Shown here: positions 60,595-64,000 of the stretch, piece after piece | Layout of the letters: each line of letters begins with the position of its first letter | How positions within the stretch are numbered: position 1 is the stretch's first letter | DNA from: Solirubrobacterales bacterium | GTDB lineage: Bacteria > Actinomycetota > Thermoleophilia > Solirubrobacterales > Solirubrobacteraceae | Reading direction: 5' to 3' | Length of the DNA stretch: 64,000 nt | NCBI GenBank assembly: GCA_003138355.1 | Contig: PLFX01000043.1 | Span: 53,848 to 117,847, forward strand | The notes under the pieces: model-generated | Databases searched by the model: none | Seen by the model: the letters and a program-made list of their open reading frames with translations, nothing else | What the model was told of the DNA's origin: nothing | Made by a program: the position numbers and the translations under genes

Positions 60595-60992
60595 CTAGCC
60601 ACCGTGGGTGTCGTCGCTGGGCTTGAGCGCGCCGGCGGCGTCAAGCACCTTCAGCGCGACGAGGGCGGCGTTGTCGCGGTACTGCTTCTTGGTTGCGACC
60701 TGGCGGACGCGGGCGACAACCTCGTCGACGCCTACGACTCTGATGGCGGCGCGGCCAGCGTGCTGGCTGGCGCACCACTCGCGTACGCGGGCATCGTGAG
60801 TCCCGGGCTTGCCGGCGAACTTTCCGACGTAGAGACGGAGTTCGACCTGGTCGAGCGTGTAGCCGAAGCGCTCGGCTGCCATTTCGAGGACGCGGCTGCG
60901 GATCTCGGGCTGGTTGAGCAGGACGTAGCGCCGGTTGTTGGGCGCTCTGCTGGAGGTGCCCGCGACCTCGTCCGCGTGGACGCCTGTGGACC
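60595..60992 (-). pseudogene. C-terminal fragment of PD-(D/E)xK-like conserved hypothetical gene split by IS110
   Basis: 'STGVHADEVAGTSSRAPNNRRYVLLNQPEIRSRVLEMAAERFGYTLDQVELRLYVGKFAG...KQYRDNAALVALKVLDAAG' continues the reading frame of the fragment at 62288-62481 on the same strand. Confidence 0.65.
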
Positions 60993-62287
60993 TCAGTGGG
61001 ATGGTGGATGGGCGGTCGGTGATGTCCGACTGGCTGGGTTGGGTTCTCGGGCGGCGGCGGGCTGACTCTCCTTGTGCCCTGTCGACTTGCGGTCTGACCG
61101 GCTTTGGTTCTGTCGCCCGTCGCCGCCCGAGGATCGCCGGCGTGACTTGATAGGAGCGTGGCACCGCCCCAACTGAGGTCTGTCCACCGGAGATCCGCTC
61201 CATTGGCCATGACCAACGAAGGGACCGCTAGATGATTGTGATTGGGGTGGACACGCACAAGCGCTCGCACACGCTTGTCGCGGTTGATGCTGCAACTGGT
61301 GGCGTGCTGGGTGAGCGAACGGTGCTCGCGAGCGACGATGGAGCGCTCGCTGCCCTCCGCGTCGCTGCCGGTCTCGGTGATGAACGAGTGTGGGCGATCG
61401 AGGATTGTCGGCACGTCTCCGGGCGGTTCGAGCGTTCTCTCGTTGCTGCTGGTGAGCGTGTGATCAGGATTCCGCCGGCATTGACCGCGAACGCTCGCCG
61501 CAGCGCCAGGGAGCGAGGAAAGTCTGATCGGATCGACGCGCTCGCGGTCGCACACACAGCGCTTCGGGAGGGCCTGGAGCGGTTCCCGGCAGCGTTCCTT
61601 GACGAGCAGGCGATGGAGATCCGGCTGCTCTGCGACTACCGCGACCAGCTCGTCAGTGAGCGCACCAGGGCAATCAACACGCTGCGCTGGCATCTGCTCG
61701 CGATCGACCCGGAGCTCGAGGCCAGCCTGCGCCCAAGCGGCCTTGCCGGACCGCGCATCCGTGCAAAGGTCACTCGCCGCCTCGCACGACTCGGTGACGG
61801 TGCGCAGGTCAGGATCGCGAAAGCACTCCTGCGACGGATCAACGAAATCACCCGCCAGGAGCTCACACTCCGCGGTGAGATGAACACGCTGATCACGACT
61901 CACTCGCCGCAGCTGCTCGCCGAGCACGGTTGCGGCACAATCACCGCCGCAATCCTGATCGGTCACACCGCCGGCGCCGAGCGCTTCGCAACCGAAGCCG
62001 CGTTCGCCAGGCACACCGGGACCGCACCGATCCCCGCCAGCTCCGGCAACACGATCCGCCACCGCCTGCACCGCGGCGGCGACCGCCAACTCAACCGGGC
62101 GCTACACACGATCGCGCTCTGCAGAGCACGCACCGACCCGCTCACCCGCGCCTACCTAGACCGCCGCGCCGCCGAAGGCAAAACCAAGCTCGAAGCACTC
62201 CGCTGCCTCAAACGCCACCTTGCCAGACACTTCTGGAAGCTCCTCTACAAACCCGCAAATAGCAAACCCGCCTTGACATAGGAGCAA
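60993..62287 (+). mobile_element. IS110 family insertion sequence
   Basis: A roughly 1.3-kb block holding a DEDD transposase gene with a 5' leader of about 240 bp. It lies exactly between the two halves of one minus-strand gene. Ends are inferred from where host-gene homology stops, so they are uncertain by about 10 bp. Confidence 0.75.
61232..62281 (+). CDS. IS110 family transposase
   Basis: 349 aa. Contains 'VIGVDTHKRSHTLVAVD', 'WAIEDCRHVSGRF', 'KSDRIDALAVA', and C-terminal 'GTITAAILIGHTAGAERFATEAAFARHTGTAPIPASSG'. Confidence 0.92.
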   Translation: MIVIGVDTHKRSHTLVAVDAATGGVLGERTVLASDDGALAALRVAAGLGDERVWAIEDCRHVSGRFERSLVAAGERVIRIPPALTANARRSARERGKSDRIDALAVAHTALREGLERFPAAFLDEQAMEIRLLCDYRDQLVSERTRAINTLRWHLLAIDPELEASLRPSGLAGPRIRAKVTRRLARLGDGAQVRIAKALLRRINEITRQELTLRGEMNTLITTHSPQLLAEHGCGTITAAILIGHTAGAERFATEAAFARHTGTAPIPASSGNTIRHRLHRGGDRQLNRALHTIALCRARTDPLTRAYLDRRAAEGKTKLEALRCLKRHLARHFWKLLYKPANSKPALT

Positions 62288-62481
62288 CCAAAGTAGGACT
62301 TCACGGAGGCAAGCACGAGCAGATCCTGGCGCGCACCGACAAGATCGACCTCATACCCGTGGGTTTGCAGCCCGGACGTCGTCTGCCGGGGGATGTCGAA
62401 CCTCAGCGCCTCCGAGACGACAAGTCCTTCGGTCTCCAGCGCGAGCGCGACAAAGGACTCGAACGCTTCCATGGAGTGCAC
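62288..62481 (-). pseudogene. N-terminal fragment of PD-(D/E)xK-like conserved hypothetical gene split by IS110
   Basis: 'MEAFESFVALALETEGLVVSEALRFDI...THGYEVDLVGARQDLLVLASVKSYFG' has an E...D...(S/E)xK-like arrangement. The frame then runs into IS110 sequence and stops. Confidence 0.65.
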
Positions 62482-62533
62482 GCTAGCGCCAGGAGAGTTG
62501 CACCGGACGAGCGCGTGTGCCGATAAGACTTAG

Positions 62534-63376
62534 GTGCTCATTAGCAGCGACAGTAGCTCAAGTCGCGAAGGACGCACGAAGACCTCGCTCGACGACAGGC
62601 TGACGCGCGCGATCGGTCCGCTACCGATGGTCGCTGCGCTGCTGATCGCCGGCGCCGTCTACGCCGGCCTCGGACTAGCGCTCCCGCTATTCACCCACGC
62701 GTCCACACCAAGCCTCATCAGCTTCAACGGCATTGGCGCACTCCTCGGATGGGCGATCACGCTCGCTTGGCTGTTCCCCTGGGTTGCGGCCAGGCTTCGC
62801 CGCCAGCTTCTTGAGCAGACCACGAGCCTGCGCTCGTTGTCCGCCGCGGAGTTTGAGCAGATCGTCGGCGAGCTGCTTCGCCGCGAGGGCTGGGACGTCG
62901 AGGAAACCGGCGGCCACGGCGAACCGGACGGGAACGTAGATCTACGCATCCGCCGCGGCAATCAAGAGCGACTCGTGCAATGCAAGCGGTGGATGTCATC
63001 GCAGGTGGGCGTTGATGAAGTCCGCAAGCTCGCCGGCGCCCTGCTCCGCGAGGGCCTTCAGCGCGGCGACGGCATTCTCGTCACCTCCTCGGACTTCACC
63101 CCGGCCGCAATCACCGAAGCAGCCGCAACCCGCATCGAGCTCGTCGGAAGCAACGATCTACTCCGCCGACTCCACGACGCCGGCGCCATGGAACTGCTCG
63201 ACGGCAGCGACGACATCACGGCCGCGTACCAGTGCCCGACCTGCGCAACGCCGATGATCCTGGCCCACTCACCATACGGCTGGTGGATCCGCTGTCCAAA
63301 CCACGGATGCGACGGCAAGCGCGACCTCGGCCCGGACCCCCGTCGCGCGCTCGAGCGAATCCTCAGCTCGCACTGA
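62534..63376 (+). CDS. membrane-anchored Mrr-cat restriction endonuclease domain protein with C-terminal zinc ribbon
   Basis: 280 aa.
- Two TM segments.
- 'LSAAEFEQIVGELLRREGWDVEETGGHGEPDGNVDLRI...RLVQCKRW...VGVDEVRKLAG', the Mrr_cat D...(Q/E)xK core.
- C-terminal 'YQCPTCATPMIL...WWIRCPNHGCDG', a C4 ribbon. Confidence 0.8.
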   Translation: MLISSDSSSSREGRTKTSLDDRLTRAIGPLPMVAALLIAGAVYAGLGLALPLFTHASTPSLISFNGIGALLGWAITLAWLFPWVAARLRRQLLEQTTSLRSLSAAEFEQIVGELLRREGWDVEETGGHGEPDGNVDLRIRRGNQERLVQCKRWMSSQVGVDEVRKLAGALLREGLQRGDGILVTSSDFTPAAITEAAATRIELVGSNDLLRRLHDAGAMELLDGSDDITAAYQCPTCATPMILAHSPYGWWIRCPNHGCDGKRDLGPDPRRALERILSSH

Positions 63377-63449
63377 AGCACGGGACGCTCGCACGCGAGC
63401 GTCCCCAGCGCCTGGAGCCCCTCAGTGTGCGAGGCTAACGCGTCGTGCA

Positions 63450-64000
63450 ATGACCGATCTCCTGACCCTTAACCTGCAGCAGCTTTTCGGCGGAAGGATC
63501 TTCCAGATCCCGAACTACCAGCGCGGCTACGCGTGGGAGGAGCCGCAGCTGCAGGACCTGCTGGACGACCTTGACGAGCTGCCAGACGGGCGGGAGCACT
63601 TCACGGGCATGATCGTGCTCCAGCACACCGATCGGCCGTCGGTCGTCGATATCTCCGGTGATGAGCACAGCGTTCTTGATGTCGTTGACGGCCAGCAGCG
63701 CCTCACGACGCTCGTCCTGTTGCTCGACGCGATCCGGCGGGAGGCGCTCAGCGCGTCAGACCTCGGAGAACTCGCCGTCGGCATCAAGTCGCGGTACCTC
63801 TTCATCACGGATCAAAGCCGGCAGCTCGCAACGAAGCTTCGATTCCTTGACGGCACGCAGGAGTACTTCGAGCGTCACACGCTGGCGGACAGCCCAGCGC
63901 CCGGTGGCCCCGAGACCCCGTCACAGCGCCGGATCATGGAGGCCGCAGCGTTCTTGCGGGACCACCTGAAGAAGCACTCGCCCGAGGATGCCGGGCAGCG
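63450..64000 (+). CDS. DUF262 (GmrSD N-terminal, ParB/Srx-like) domain protein, 3'-truncated by window end
   Basis: This ORF is not in the supplied track because it has no stop inside the window. My translation from ATG 63450 is open to position 64000. It contains 'FQIPNYQRGYAWEEPQLQDLLDDL' and 'VVDGQQRLTTLVLLL', the DUF262 hallmarks. Confidence 0.8.
   Translation, partial: MTDLLTLNLQQLFGGRIFQIPNYQRGYAWEEPQLQDLLDDLDELPDGREHFTGMIVLQHTDRPSVVDISGDEHSVLDVVDGQQRLTTLVLLLDAIRREALSASDLGELAVGIKSRYLFITDQSRQLATKLRFLDGTQEYFERHTLADSPAPGGPETPSQRRIMEAAAFLRDHLKKHSPEDAGQ

Noticed and set aside
1-64000. CRISPR arrays, rRNA and tRNA genes, prophage structural modules.
   Set aside because: I saw no regularly spaced direct repeats, no rRNA-like conserved blocks, and no cloverleaf-compatible intergenic sequence. 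Intergenic regions are few and short. The only phage-like hint is the collagen-repeat protein, which stands alone.

Overview
High-GC (about 70% by eye) actinobacterial-type chromosome segment. I tentatively place it in a deep-branching Actinomycetota lineage: the dcw cluster has no ftsA, and gcvP is split into PA and PB.

The window falls into three parts.

(1) Positions 1-37.8 kb are conserved core.
- A GH13 glucosidase, scpBA and trpS.
- The glycine-cleavage operon gcvT-H-PA-PB.
- A complete minus-strand dcw cluster: mraZ-rsmH-ftsL-ftsI-[opposite-strand triple thioredoxin-fold redoxin]-murE-murF-mraY-murD-ftsW-murG-murC-murB-ftsQ-ftsZ.
- A lipoprotein, a Rho-like protein with a degenerate motor domain, folP and glpD.
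- A VOC protein, pntAA-AB-B, and a divergent CMD/ECF41-type sigma pair.

(2) Positions 38.7-45 kb hold a five-gene, ATGA-coupled operon gated by a cobalamin riboswitch.
- Two DUF4430-like exported proteins, EcfT, and a fused double EcfA.
- An S-component-like membrane domain fused to a prenyltransferase/terpene-cyclase-type alpha/alpha-toroid domain.
- A divergent PduO-type adenosyltransferase.
- I read this as a 'split transcobalamin' corrinoid capture and uptake system.

(3) Positions 46-64 kb are a less GC-rich, decayed accessory mosaic.
- A collagen-repeat protein and a tiny Cys-rich protein.
- An IS3 element with a GGGAAAC slippery site plus an extra inactivating frameshift.
- A membrane NERD protein, an LLM oxidoreductase, and glyA behind a ZTP riboswitch.
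- An isochorismatase-like hydrolase, a SAM methyltransferase, and a frameshifted SDR.
- A cytoplasmic multi-GAF histidine kinase coupled to a REC-APH/protein-kinase-fold response regulator, immediately followed by an Xre/DUF2384-RES toxin-antitoxin pair.
- A PD-(D/E)xK-like gene split by an IS110 element, an Mrr-cat/zinc-ribbon nuclease, and a DUF262 (GmrSD-like) gene truncated by the window end.

No rRNA, tRNA or CRISPR array was seen. Many long ORFs in the supplied track are antisense or out-of-frame artefacts of the high GC content.
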